The notes under the pieces: model-generated | What the model was told of the DNA's origin: nothing | Database searches by the model: none | What the model saw: the letters and a program-made list of their open reading frames with translations, nothing else | Shown here: positions 37,510 through 46,799 of the stretch, piece by piece | Layout: every line of letters begins with the position of its first letter | Position numbering within the stretch: the stretch's first letter is position 1 | DNA from: Squalus acanthias | Taxonomy: Eukaryota | Assembly: GCA_030390025.1 (NCBI GenBank) | Contig: CM059431.1 | Span: 138,572,001 to 138,636,000, forward strand | Reading direction: 5' to 3' | Length of the DNA stretch: 64,000 nt | Translations under genes and position numbers: made by a program

Positions 37510-40500
37510 TCAAATTAAAATTTGAAAGTCCGGGGTGACGATGCACTCCAGTCCCCGCGGCGCCCACCGGTCGCGGAAAAACTCAAGCGTGCCGGCGGAC
37601 ACCGCGTGCTCCATCTCCAGGGCCACCCGGGCGCGAACATGGCCGCGGAAGAGAGGCAGGCAATCGGGCCGAACGACCCCCTCGACCGCCCGCTGCCTGG
37701 ACCAATTAATGGCTTTCTTGGCCAGGCCCAGGAGCAGTCCTACGAGGAGGTCCTCCGACCTACCCGCTCCCCTCCGCACCGGGTGACCGTAGATCAGGAG
37801 CGTGGGGCTGAAGTGCAACCAGAAATTGAGGAGCAGCCCCTTCAAATAATGAAAGAGGGGCTGCAACCTCTCACATTCAACATAAATGTGATAAACGGAC
37901 TCCTCCAGGCCGCAAAAATGGCAAGCAGCCTGGGAGTCCGTAAACCTACTTAAAATCCTATTGCACGGGACTGCTCCGTGCAACACCCTCCAGGCCAAGT
38001 CCCCAATAGAACAAGGGAAGACTCCCGCGTAGAGAGCCTTCCAATGGGGACCTTCGCCTCCGCCGGACGGCAGGATGGTACGCCAAGGCGTGTCCGGACG
38101 GCAGACGAAGATGGCAAAGTGGAGAGTGTGCAGGAGCAGCCCGTACAGGAAACGCCTCCGTGCGGATTGAAAGGGCACGGAGGGCATTTCTCCGAGAAGG
38201 CTCAAGTGGTGAGGCGGCGGCTCCCGAGGGAGGATTCGGGGCCGGGCGCCGATAAGGAATTCCGTCCGAACGGGGGTCAGTTCGGACGGGATCGCCCCAC
38301 GTGCTTGAGCCTCCTCGACACACCTAGTGGAGACGGGGCCCAGTGCCACTTTTAGCGACTCGATGGCTTTGACCGCGAGCCGGACGTTGACCCAAGACAT
38401 GCGCCTCGCCAACTCCTCCGGCGCCATCCAGCCCGCTCCTCCGCCATCGAGCAGGTCCCCGACTCTGGTCACCTTACCGGGCACAGCCCTGCCCTCCGCC
38501 AGCCAGCCGAACCCGCGGTCGTGGAGGTGCGGATTCCTGAACAGCGGCTCCCGAAGGACGGCCGCCGCTCCTGACGGGGGAGAACTGCGCTCGGAGGCGA
38601 CGCTGTTCCAAACCCATAGCAGTTCCTGGTAGAAGACAGGCAGCTCCCGCAGGCTGGCACGCGTGCCACCCACTCTCACAAACAGGAGCTGCGTGTCGTA
38701 ATTGAGGCCGTGCAGCTGGCGGAAGAAATACGTCGCCAGCGCACGCCACCTAGGAGGATTCTCCACGTACAGGTATCTCTGCAGCGTCTGAAGACGGAAA
38801 GTCGCCGCCTGGGTGCGAAGGCACACCAGCGCCTGACCGCCCTCCCTAAGCGGGAGACTCAAAACCGCGGCAGAGACCCAGTGCTTCCTTTTGTCCCAGA
38901 AGAAGTCGACGAGCTTCTTCTGCATCTTGGCGACAAACGCAGGGGGAGGGATCAAAGTGACCAACCGGTACCACAACATGGCGGCCACCAGCTGGTTTAT
39001 GACCAGCGCTCGACCCCTGTAGGACAACACTCGGAGCAGTCCTGTCCAGCGTCCTAGGCGAGCGGTGACTTTGGCCTCCAGCTCTTGCCAGTTCGCCGGC
39101 CAGGCGTCCTCGGCCGGGCTGAGGTAGACTCCCAGGTAGAGGAGGTGCGTGGTGCTCCAGGCGAAAGGCCCGAACTCCTCCGGCAGGGAGTCCACCCGCC
39201 ATGGGCCCACCAGGAGTCCAGAACATTTCTCCCAGTTGATCTTGGCGGAGGATGCGTCCGAGTAAATCTGCTGGCATTCTCGCATCCTCCGCAAGTCGAC
39301 GGGATCCGTGACCGCGAGGAGCACGTCATCGGCGTAAGCCGAGAGGACCACCTCCACGCCCGGCCCTTGCAGAGCCAGTCCCGTCAACCTCTTCCGCAAG
39401 AGGCGCAGGAAAGGCTCCACGCAAACGGCGTATAACTGACCGGACATGGGGCATCCCTGACGCACCCCCCTCCCGAAGCGAAGGGGCGCCGTCAAAGACC
39501 CGTTAACTTTAATGAGACACTCCGCGGCGGCGTACAGAAGTCGGATCCGGGCGACGAAATGCGTCCCGAACCCGAATGCGCGCAGAGTCCCGAAAAGATA
39601 CTCGTGATCCACCCTGTCGAACGCCTTCTCCTGATCCAGGGAAAGGAAGGCGACCGACAGACCAGCCCTCTGGGAATGGTGGACCAGGTCCCGGACCAGA
39701 TGGATGTTATCGTGGATACTCCGGCCCGGGACCGTGTAGGACTGGTCGGGGTGGATCATGCGGGCCAGCACGGTGCCAAGGCGAGCAGACATAGCCCTGG
39801 CGAAAATTTTGTAGTCCGTGCTGAGGAGGGAGACCGGGCGCCAGTTCTTAAGTAGGCGGAGATCGCCCTTCTTGGGCAGCAGGACGATGACCGCCCTGCG
39901 CCAAGAGAGGGGCATCTCCCCGGTCGCCAGACTTTCCCCCAGGACCCGCGCGTAGTCGTCCCCCAAGACGTCCCAGAACGCCCTGTGGAACTCCACGGTC
40001 AGCCCGTCCAGCCCCGGGGACTTGCCCCTCGAGAGCTGGCGCAGGGCGCCGGTCAGCTCCGCCAGGCTTAGCGGAGCTTCTAAATTCTCGGCGCCCTCCG
40101 GGCCGACCTTCGGCAGGTCCTCCCACAAAACTCTGCGCGCATCCTCGCTGGACGGATCCGAAGAGAACAGAGCCCCGTAATAGGCCCGGGCCTCCGCGCT
40201 GATGCCCTCCGGATCCGAGACCAGAGATCCGTCGTCGGCCAGCAGCCCCAAGAGCTGCTTACGGACCCCCCGTCTTTTTTCCAGCGAGTAGAAGAAGGGG
40301 GAGCCGCGGTCCAGGTCCCGCAGGAACTGGATCCGCGACCTCACGTACGCGCCTCGGGACCCGACCAGCTGCAGGTCCTTCAGCGCGCCCTTCTTCTCTT
40401 CGTACACCTTCCGCAGGGCCGGGTCCTCGACGACCTGACCGAGACGGGACTCCAGGTCGAGCACTTCTTTCTCCAATCGCCCGACCCGGGCCTCCCGCCT

Positions 40501-41409
40501 CTTGGTCGACCCCTTCGCGTACTCCTGACAGAAGACGCGGACGTGAGCCTTGCCCACGTCCCACCATAGCCTCAAGGAGGGGAAGCCTCCCCGCTTCCTT
40601 CTCCAGTCGGCCCAGAACCGGCGAAACGAATCCCGGAACCGCGCGTCCTCCAGCAGCAGGTTGTTAAAATGCCAGTACGCGGACCCCCCCCGCGCGCGCA
40701 GCGGAGCGAGCTCCGCCCACACCAGGTGGTGGTCCGTGCACGGCACCGGCCGCATGGAAGCCGCCGGAACGCAGGAGACGTACGCCCGGGAAATGTAAAG
40801 GCGGTCGATTCTGGACCTTCCTCCTCCAGACCTCACGCTCGTGAAGGCGCTGGAGTCGGGATGGAGATTTCGCCAGACGTCCACCAAGTCGAAGGACCCG
40901 ACCAGGTCCCGCAACTTCTCCATCGCCGCCGGGCTTCGCGGGGGACCCGACCGGTCCCGCGCCTCGAGGGTACAATTGAAATCCCCCCCGAGGATGACGC
41001 ACTCGCCCACGTCGATGGAGCCCAGAAGAGCGGACACTTCTCCGAAGAAGCGCACTTGCTGCGCACCGGTCCGGGGGGCGTACACGTTCACTAAATGGAG
41101 CGGCACGCCTCCCAGGCGAACAGTGACCTGGAGCAAGCGGCCCGGCACGTGCTCCTTGACCCTCAAGATCTCCGGCTGAAAATGCGGGGCCAGCAAGACA
41201 GCCACCCCGCAGGAATTGTTGGAGAGGTGACTCATGCTGACCCCTCCTTGCCACTCCAGGAGCCACGTGGCCTCGTCTCCCGGAACGGTGTGGGTTTCTT
41301 GCAGGAAGCACACCGCATATTTCCCGTCCCGAAGGACCGAGAAGTTATTGAATCTACGGCGCGCCTCCCTGCTGCCGTTGATGTTGAGGCTGGCTATGGT
41401 TATCTTCAT
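37510..41409 (-). CDS. Tx1 ORF2 copy 3, intact, 1299 aa
   Basis: Same motifs; the protein appears identical or nearly identical to copy 1. Confidence 0.97.
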   Translation of the reverse strand: MKITIASLNINGSREARRRFNNFSVLRDGKYAVCFLQETHTVPGDEATWLLEWQGGVSMSHLSNNSCGVAVLLAPHFQPEILRVKEHVPGRLLQVTVRLGGVPLHLVNVYAPRTGAQQVRFFGEVSALLGSIDVGECVILGGDFNCTLEARDRSGPPRSPAAMEKLRDLVGSFDLVDVWRNLHPDSSAFTSVRSGGGRSRIDRLYISRAYVSCVPAASMRPVPCTDHHLVWAELAPLRARGGSAYWHFNNLLLEDARFRDSFRRFWADWRRKRGGFPSLRLWWDVGKAHVRVFCQEYAKGSTKRREARVGRLEKEVLDLESRLGQVVEDPALRKVYEEKKGALKDLQLVGSRGAYVRSRIQFLRDLDRGSPFFYSLEKRRGVRKQLLGLLADDGSLVSDPEGISAEARAYYGALFSSDPSSEDARRVLWEDLPKVGPEGAENLEAPLSLAELTGALRQLSRGKSPGLDGLTVEFHRAFWDVLGDDYARVLGESLATGEMPLSWRRAVIVLLPKKGDLRLLKNWRPVSLLSTDYKIFARAMSARLGTVLARMIHPDQSYTVPGRSIHDNIHLVRDLVHHSQRAGLSVAFLSLDQEKAFDRVDHEYLFGTLRAFGFGTHFVARIRLLYAAAECLIKVNGSLTAPLRFGRGVRQGCPMSGQLYAVCVEPFLRLLRKRLTGLALQGPGVEVVLSAYADDVLLAVTDPVDLRRMRECQQIYSDASSAKINWEKCSGLLVGPWRVDSLPEEFGPFAWSTTHLLYLGVYLSPAEDAWPANWQELEAKVTARLGRWTGLLRVLSYRGRALVINQLVAAMLWYRLVTLIPPPAFVAKMQKKLVDFFWDKRKHWVSAAVLSLPLREGGQALVCLRTQAATFRLQTLQRYLYVENPPRWRALATYFFRQLHGLNYDTQLLFVRVGGTRASLRELPVFYQELLWVWNSVASERSSPPSGAAAVLREPLFRNPHLHDRGFGWLAEGRAVPGKVTRVGDLLDGGGAGWMAPEELARRMSWVNVRLAVKAIESLKVALGPVSTRCVEEAQARGAIPSELTPVRTEFLIGARPRILPREPPPHHLSLLGEMPSVPFQSARRRFLYGLLLHTLHFAIFVCRPDTPWRTILPSGGGEGPHWKALYAGVFPCSIGDLAWRVLHGAVPCNRILSRFTDSQAACHFCGLEESVYHIYVECERLQPLFHYLKGLLLNFWLHFSPTLLIYGHPVRRGAGRSEDLLVGLLLGLAKKAINWSRQRAVEGVVRPDCLPLFRGHVRARVALEMEHAVSAGTLEFFRDRWAPRGLECIVTPDFQILI

Positions 41410-41434
41410 CTCAGAAGCATAGTGCAACCTCTAC

Positions 41435-43592
41435 CTAACGGAGGGGAGGGAGGGCGGTCACTGACGACCGCCACTCCCTCAGCAGCCCAGTGTGGAACGT
41501 CTTGAGCCGACGCAGCTCGAGCCGGCCAACGTCCTTGTCCGCGCCCATGATTTTAACGGCGGCGCGGACGGACACGACGAGCAGCGCCAGCTCCGACCAC
41601 TTGTCGAGGGCCAGCCGGATCTTCTTGTGACGACCCTGGCTCACGGCCATAAAATCCCGGAGTTCCCCTACGGGGATGAGGGGAGAGTCGGTGAAGGGCA
41701 CGAGGGCGTCCATCACCTCGCTGCCGATGGACTCCAAATCGTCCTCGTTGCCCAACACCGAGTCCCCGTCCTCCTCCGGGAGGTCGTCACCGGCGGCCGA
41801 CCCGTCCGTCACACAGGGTGCAGCGAACGGCTCGGCCGCACCGGCCGGCCCCGCCTCCGTCACGATCCCACCCCCAGGATCGGTGGCAGAGGAGTCCACC
41901 CTGGGCTCCTTCAGGGGCGCCGGGCCGGGAGGCGGCGGCGGCGGTTCGGGGCCCCCCCCCGCCTCAGGCGCCGGGGCGACCGGAGAAACCGGGGAGAAAA
42001 TAATCCCAAATTCCTCCAGCACGTCCGGCGCCAACAACAGAGACGGAGTCAGGGGGCTTTCCGTCTCCCCGCCACCAACCTCCGACCCAGCGGGCTGGGG
42101 ATTGCTACACTCCTCCACCAGGTCGAGCAGTCCCTGGGAGATGTCTGGGTTATAAAAGGCGGGCTCGGCTTCAGCCTCTTTGGCCTCGCCCGCCCCAGTC
42201 CCCAGGACGCCCGACCCGGCGAGGAGCAACGGTTCAGGTTCTACATTTTCCTTCCGCGGGTTGTTCCGCGCCCCCCCCCACGGGCAGGGTCTCTTCCCCA
42301 TCCCCGGGAGGCACAGGTCGGACAGACTCGGCTGTCTCACCCTCCCGAGGGACAGACGACCCCTGCCGATCGCGCGCGACGATGACGGTGGTGGGGTGGG
42401 GCGCAGCACCCGCGGCGGGCGACTGCCCCCCTTTTGCGGAGGGATCTTCCTCCTCGCAGTCCTCCTGCTGGGGGCGGAGCTTTCTTTTTAACAAGTTGGG
42501 GCCCGGAGAGGGGGAGGCCTCCATGTCTGCTGGGGCCTCCCTCTCTGCCCCCTTCCGACGACTGGGTTTCTTGGGCCCCTCGGGCCCGAGCCCGGCCGCA
42601 GGTCTTGATTTAGCTGCCTCAGCAGTTGCGGTCACGGTCACGGGCCCGGGCACGAGGACCCCCCCAGTCTCATGCGTCCCGACCAACTCCGCGATGTACT
42701 CGGGCGTGAGTTCGGTCAATTCAGATGTTTCCTCCGCGAGGGGATCCGCCCTTATGTGTTTAGTTTTCCTACGCACCTTCCTTCCCCCCGGACGCTCTCC
42801 CTCCTCCCCGCCGGAGGCCGTGGTGGTGTTGGCCTCCGATTTCGACCGCGCATCCGTCGCCGTCGACGCGCGGACAGTATCAGGGGGAGGGGGGGCGGCG
42901 GCGCCAACCCTGGCCGCGCCAGGTGTCGTGGCGGCCTTGGAGGCGGGGCAGTTTTTGCGGACGTGCCCCACCTCCTTACAGGCGTAGCACCGCGCGCCGT
43001 CCGAGGTCCAGAAGACGCGGTGGGCGGTCCCCCCGTGGAGCACCGTGAACGCGCCATCCGCGTCCTCCTCCCGCGCCAGCCGGACGAAAAGCTGGCGCCG
43101 GAAGGAGAAGACGTGCCGAAGGCTGGCTTCCCGGAAGCCGAGCGGGATGGGTGTGATCCCCGACCTCACCTCCCCCAGTTGACGTAGGTGGGGGAGGAGG
43201 AGCTCACCCGGAACAAAGGGCGGGACGTTGGAGACCACAATCCTTTGCGCGGTGGCCTCAAGGGGGTCCACCGGCAGGAAGGTCCCGCCCACGGTGAGCC
43301 CCTTCTCGATGGCCAGGGACACCGCCCGCTCCGACCCCAGGAAGAACACAGCCTTGCCGTACATTTTAGAGGCGGCGACGATGGCTGAAGGGCCGACAAC
43401 CCCAGCCATGGCTTTAACGCACGCCTCTATAGTCATGTTGGGGTGAGTGTAGCTCTTGACCCCATTCTTCCTCGTAAGGAGGGTAAAAGGTGACGGGGTA
43501 ACAGGAGGACTCGTGGCTGCGGCCGTGGCCGCGGCTGCCACGCTCGCGTACGTCCTCGCTGCCCCCGCCACCGACGAAGATGTACTCGCCAT
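41435..43592 (-). pseudogene. Tx1 ORF1 copy 3 with a single +1 frameshift (about 718 aa if repaired)
   Basis: ORFs 42234-43622 and 41435-42409 overlap. There is one extra base in the T run at 42246-42249 relative to copy 2. Confidence 0.88.
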
Positions 43593-44628
43593 AATGGAGG
43601 GTTCTTTAAGGGCTACACTCACCCCAAGTCACAGGCCTGAAGGTGTTAATGGCCTCGGTTTTTTTTTTTGTTTCCCCTGAGCAGAGGGAGCTCTTAAATT
43701 GAAGGCACACCTCTCCCTTTAGTTGATTGAATTGGGAGAGGGGCCTTCTCCCCTCTGCTCAATGGGTACTTAATAAAAGTTAATTGAGGTGCCTCTTAGA
43801 GAGAGAGGCAGAGAGAGACAAGAGACAAAGAGAGAGAGAGAGAGGGGGGTGGGAAGGAGGGAAGCCGCAAGGGCAGGGTCGCCACTCAGGATGGTGGGTG
43901 GGTGGGTGGGTGTTGGCAGGGGGGTGCACTCTCCGATGTAATAAAAGTCTTTGGTGGTGGTCTTCTGGTGGGGGGAGAAGATGTCTTCACCTGGGATAGC
44001 TGGAGATGCCCAGGCTCAGTCCTGCACCAGGTCTTAACGATGCCCAATAAGATGAAATTAATTGGGGACTTCACCTAGGCAGCTCCAGCTGTCCCAGGTC
44101 AGGCAATGGGAAAGGGGTGTTTAATATGGTGTGTGCGGCCTAGCTTTTACAGAAGCCACACACACTCACACACACACCCCTTAGATGTTCCGGCCTTCTT
44201 CTTTTCTTCTTTCCTCCCCCCACCTACAAAACAAAGTCTCTGGGAGAGTGCCCCAGAATCACACCCACCTGTAGCTGTTCTTTCTTTCTTTCTCCCTCCT
44301 TCCAAACAGTTGATGATGTTGTGTTGTTTTCTCCCCTCTCTCCCTCTCCTAAAATGGAGGCCAATTGAGGAGGCAGTGATGGAAAAGGCCTCTCCTCTGG
44401 TGTTATTGGCCTTGGCCTTCCTTTCTTTTCTTTCTCCTCTCCTGTCCTCTCTCTCCAGGCACCTCAGTAGTTGTGGTTGTTGGTTGTTGGTGGTGGCCTG
44501 CTGTCTGGTCTGGTCTCCTTCTCCTCTTCCTGGCCACAGAGACCACCACTCTGCTGCTGCTGCTCCTTCGTCAGCAGCTCCGAAAGCTTGTGATTTCAAA
44601 TAAAGCTGTTGGACTATAACCTGGTGTT

Positions 44629-44684
44629 GTGCGACTTCTCATTTTTGTCCACCCCAGTCCAACGCCGGCATCTCCACATCATGA
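44629..44684 (+). mobile_element. Right remainder of the Penelope-type element
   Basis: gtgcgacttctcatttttgt pairs with 22908-22926 (1-nt indel), followed by the tail ccaccccagtccaacgccggcatctccacatcat and then the TSD. Confidence 0.85.
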
Positions 44685-44738
44685 GCAGTATTAACAGTGA
44701 GCCTTATCTCACAGCACTGGTGAATCCCTCACTCTGTC
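44685..44738 (+). repeat. Continuation of the interrupted 78-bp repeat unit
   Basis: gcagtattaacagtgagccttatctcacagcactggtgaatccctcactctgtc. Confidence 0.9.
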
Positions 44739-44739
44739 C

Positions 44740-45843
44740 TGGCATATCCTTCAATCTACCATTACCATCAAGCCAGGGGACCAACCCTGGTTCAATAAGG
44801 AATGTCGAAGAGCATGCCGGGAGCAGCACCATGCGTACATAAAAATGAGGTGCCAGCCTGGGGAAGCTGCAACACAGGACTACATGCATGCTAAAAAACG
44901 AAAGCAGCATGCTAGAGACAGGGCGGAGCAATCTCACAATCAACGGATCAGATCATAGCTCTGCAGTGCTGCCACATCCAGTCGTGAATGGTGGTGGACC
45001 ATTAACCAACTAACAGGAAGAGGAGGCTCCATGAATATCCCCATCCTCACTGATGGTGGAGCCCAGCACGTGATTGCAAAAGACAAGGCTGAAGCGTTTG
45101 CAACCATCTTCAGCCAGAAGTGCTGAGTGGATGATCCATATCTGCCTCCTCCTGAGGTCCCAGCCTTCACAGAAGCCAGTCTTCAGCCAATTCGATTCAA
45201 TCCACGTGATATCAAGAAACGGTTGAGCGCACTGGATACAGCAAAGGCTATGGGCCCCAACGACATCTCGAGGGTTGTTGTGCTGAAGACTTGTGCTCCA
45301 GAACTAGCTGCACCGCTAGGCAAGATGTTCCAGTACAGCTACAGCACTGGCATCTATTAGAAATATATTGCCGATCCTTCATCGTCGCTGGGTCAAATTC
45401 ATGTAACTCACTACATAAAGGCACTGTGGGAGTACCTTCACCACACAGACTGCAGCGGTTCAAGATGGCGGCTCACCACCACCTTCTCCAGGACAACCAT
45501 TAATAGGTCCAGGCAGCGGGCGGTCGAGGGGGTCGTCCGGTCTGATTGCCTGCCTCTCTTCCGTGGCTATGTTCGCGCCCGGGTGGCCCTGGAGATGGAG
45601 CAAGCGGTGTCCGCCGGCAAGCTCGAGGCCTTCCGGGAAAGGTGGGCGCCGCGGGGACTGGAGTGCATCATCACCCCCGGCAATGTAATTGTAATTTAAT
45701 TTGATAAGTTTTATTTAAAGTTTTGTTAATTTTCTGTTAATTTACAGTTAATTTGGTTGAATAAAAAGAGGACCTTCACCGGGACAACTAGGGATGGGCA
45801 ATAAATGCCGGCCACGCCCACATCCCAGGAACCAATAAAAAAA
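44740..45843 (+). mobile_element. Internally deleted LINE (same group as 6915-8325), with its 3' end interrupted by a Tx1 fragment
   Basis: LDTAKAMGPND, LKTCAPELAAPLGKMFQYSY, then a jump to the 3' end (HRLQRFKMAAHHHLL, tagggatgggcaataaatg, A run). Confidence 0.7.
45498..45771 (+). mobile_element. 5'-truncated 3' end of a related Tx1 family
   Basis: Translates INRSRQRAVEGVVRSDCLPLFRGYVRARVALEMEQAVSAGKLEAFRERWAPRGLECIITPGNVIVI*, homologous to the ORF2 C-terminus. Ends aaaaagagg; imperfect 17-bp duplication at 45481-45497/45772-45788. Confidence 0.9.
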
Positions 45844-46660
45844 CAGGCGCTGTGGGCGGGGCTCTGACATCATCCGCAGGCTGCTCGGCTCGCGCTGAGG
45901 CGGTTTAACGACTTATGCTCGATCGAACGAACGAACGCTTGAATGAATGATCGAATGATCGAACGAACAATGCCAGTAGGACTGGCGTAAAACAGGTTTT
46001 CTTGGTTTATTGGAATAAATGTTATCTGTAGCATTTAATTGGATTATGATGGTGCTATGTGTTTGTACACTGTGGTGTTGAAATGGTTTTTGTTTTATGT
46101 GGAGTTAACTTTGAGATTTATTATTTTAAATCTAAAAAGTTGTGTGGTATTGTTTAAGGGTATTTGTACTGTAAACATTATTGATTATTTGTAAAATTAA
46201 TCATTGCATTTATATTAACTATAAGGCTGTTTTTAAGGCTTTATTTTTTACTGTGATGGATGAATGTAATGGATTTACTATGTAATGGATTTACGATGTA
46301 ATTGATGAGTTGTACAGGTATTATTGTTTTTGAATAAAATAGTTGAGGCGGTTTAACGGGTCTGTTCAGAAGACACGTGACCCCGAGCAGCCCCGCGCTC
46401 CGACAGCACAGTGGGCGGGGCTCACGGGCGCCGCGGGCTCCGATAGGTGGGTTGCCATGTCAATCTAGTGTGTGCAGCCAATAGAAGGGGCGGATTCAGA
46501 AAGGGGGTTTAATTTTTGCTGCTATCGCGTTTTTTGTCGGCAGTGCGCATGCTCGGTGTAGGCCCCTCCTGGGATGCTGCGCGGTTTTGGGGAGCGGCGG
46601 CTGGAGCCGGATAAGAATCAGAGGGTCGGCGGGCCGGGTGGTCAGGATGGTGCGGTGAGT
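45843..46660 (+). promoter_or_regulatory. CpG-island promoter/first exon paralogous to 22290-22700, split by an insertion
   Basis: Shared ordered motifs: gctcgcgc..ggcggttt, cacgtgacc, cacagtgggcggggctc, tgtcaatctag..gcagccaatag, gtgcgcatgctcggtg, gatggtgcg|GTGAGT. Confidence 0.7.
45911..46343 (+). mobile_element. 433-bp AT-rich insertion with a perfect 15-bp TSD
   Basis: tgaggcggtttaacg at 45896-45910 and 46344-46358; AATAAA close to the right end; absent from the paralogous promoter. Confidence 0.75.
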
Positions 46661-46799
46661 CTCTAATATTCACATCCAGGTTTACTTGGAGTTGGAAAAC
46701 TTCCTTCCCCGCCCCCCCACATACCCGGAATTTACAGTTTGCAGCGAACGGCAGAGACAGCCCGGCTCCCAGAGTCAGTCAGTCAGTCAGTGAGTGAGT

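Larger units (their letters stand above)
37441..44605 (-). mobile_element. Full-length Tx1 copy 3
   Basis: Same organisation; bounded by the 23-mer at 37418-37440 and 44606-44628. Confidence 0.95.

Noticed and set aside
23162..43680. Dozens of plus-strand and alternate-frame ORFs over the Tx1 copies
   Set aside because: Expected shadow ORFs in very GC-rich coding sequence; no recognisable domains.
44555..44605. Functional hammerhead at the Tx1 5' end
   Set aside because: CUGACGA and GAAA lie on opposite strands here and stem II cannot form as required. Copy 1 lacks the segment. Treated as a remnant.
23082..44605. Array as a pure assembly artefact
   Set aside because: The copies have distinct ends, in-frame indels and many substitutions, and every junction has the exact 23-mer. 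Spanning reads are still needed for proof.
23059..44628. LTR or DIRS-type interpretation of the repeated junctions
   Set aside because: APE-RT ORF2 without integrase, protease or tyrosine recombinase; the repeats are 23-bp target duplications.
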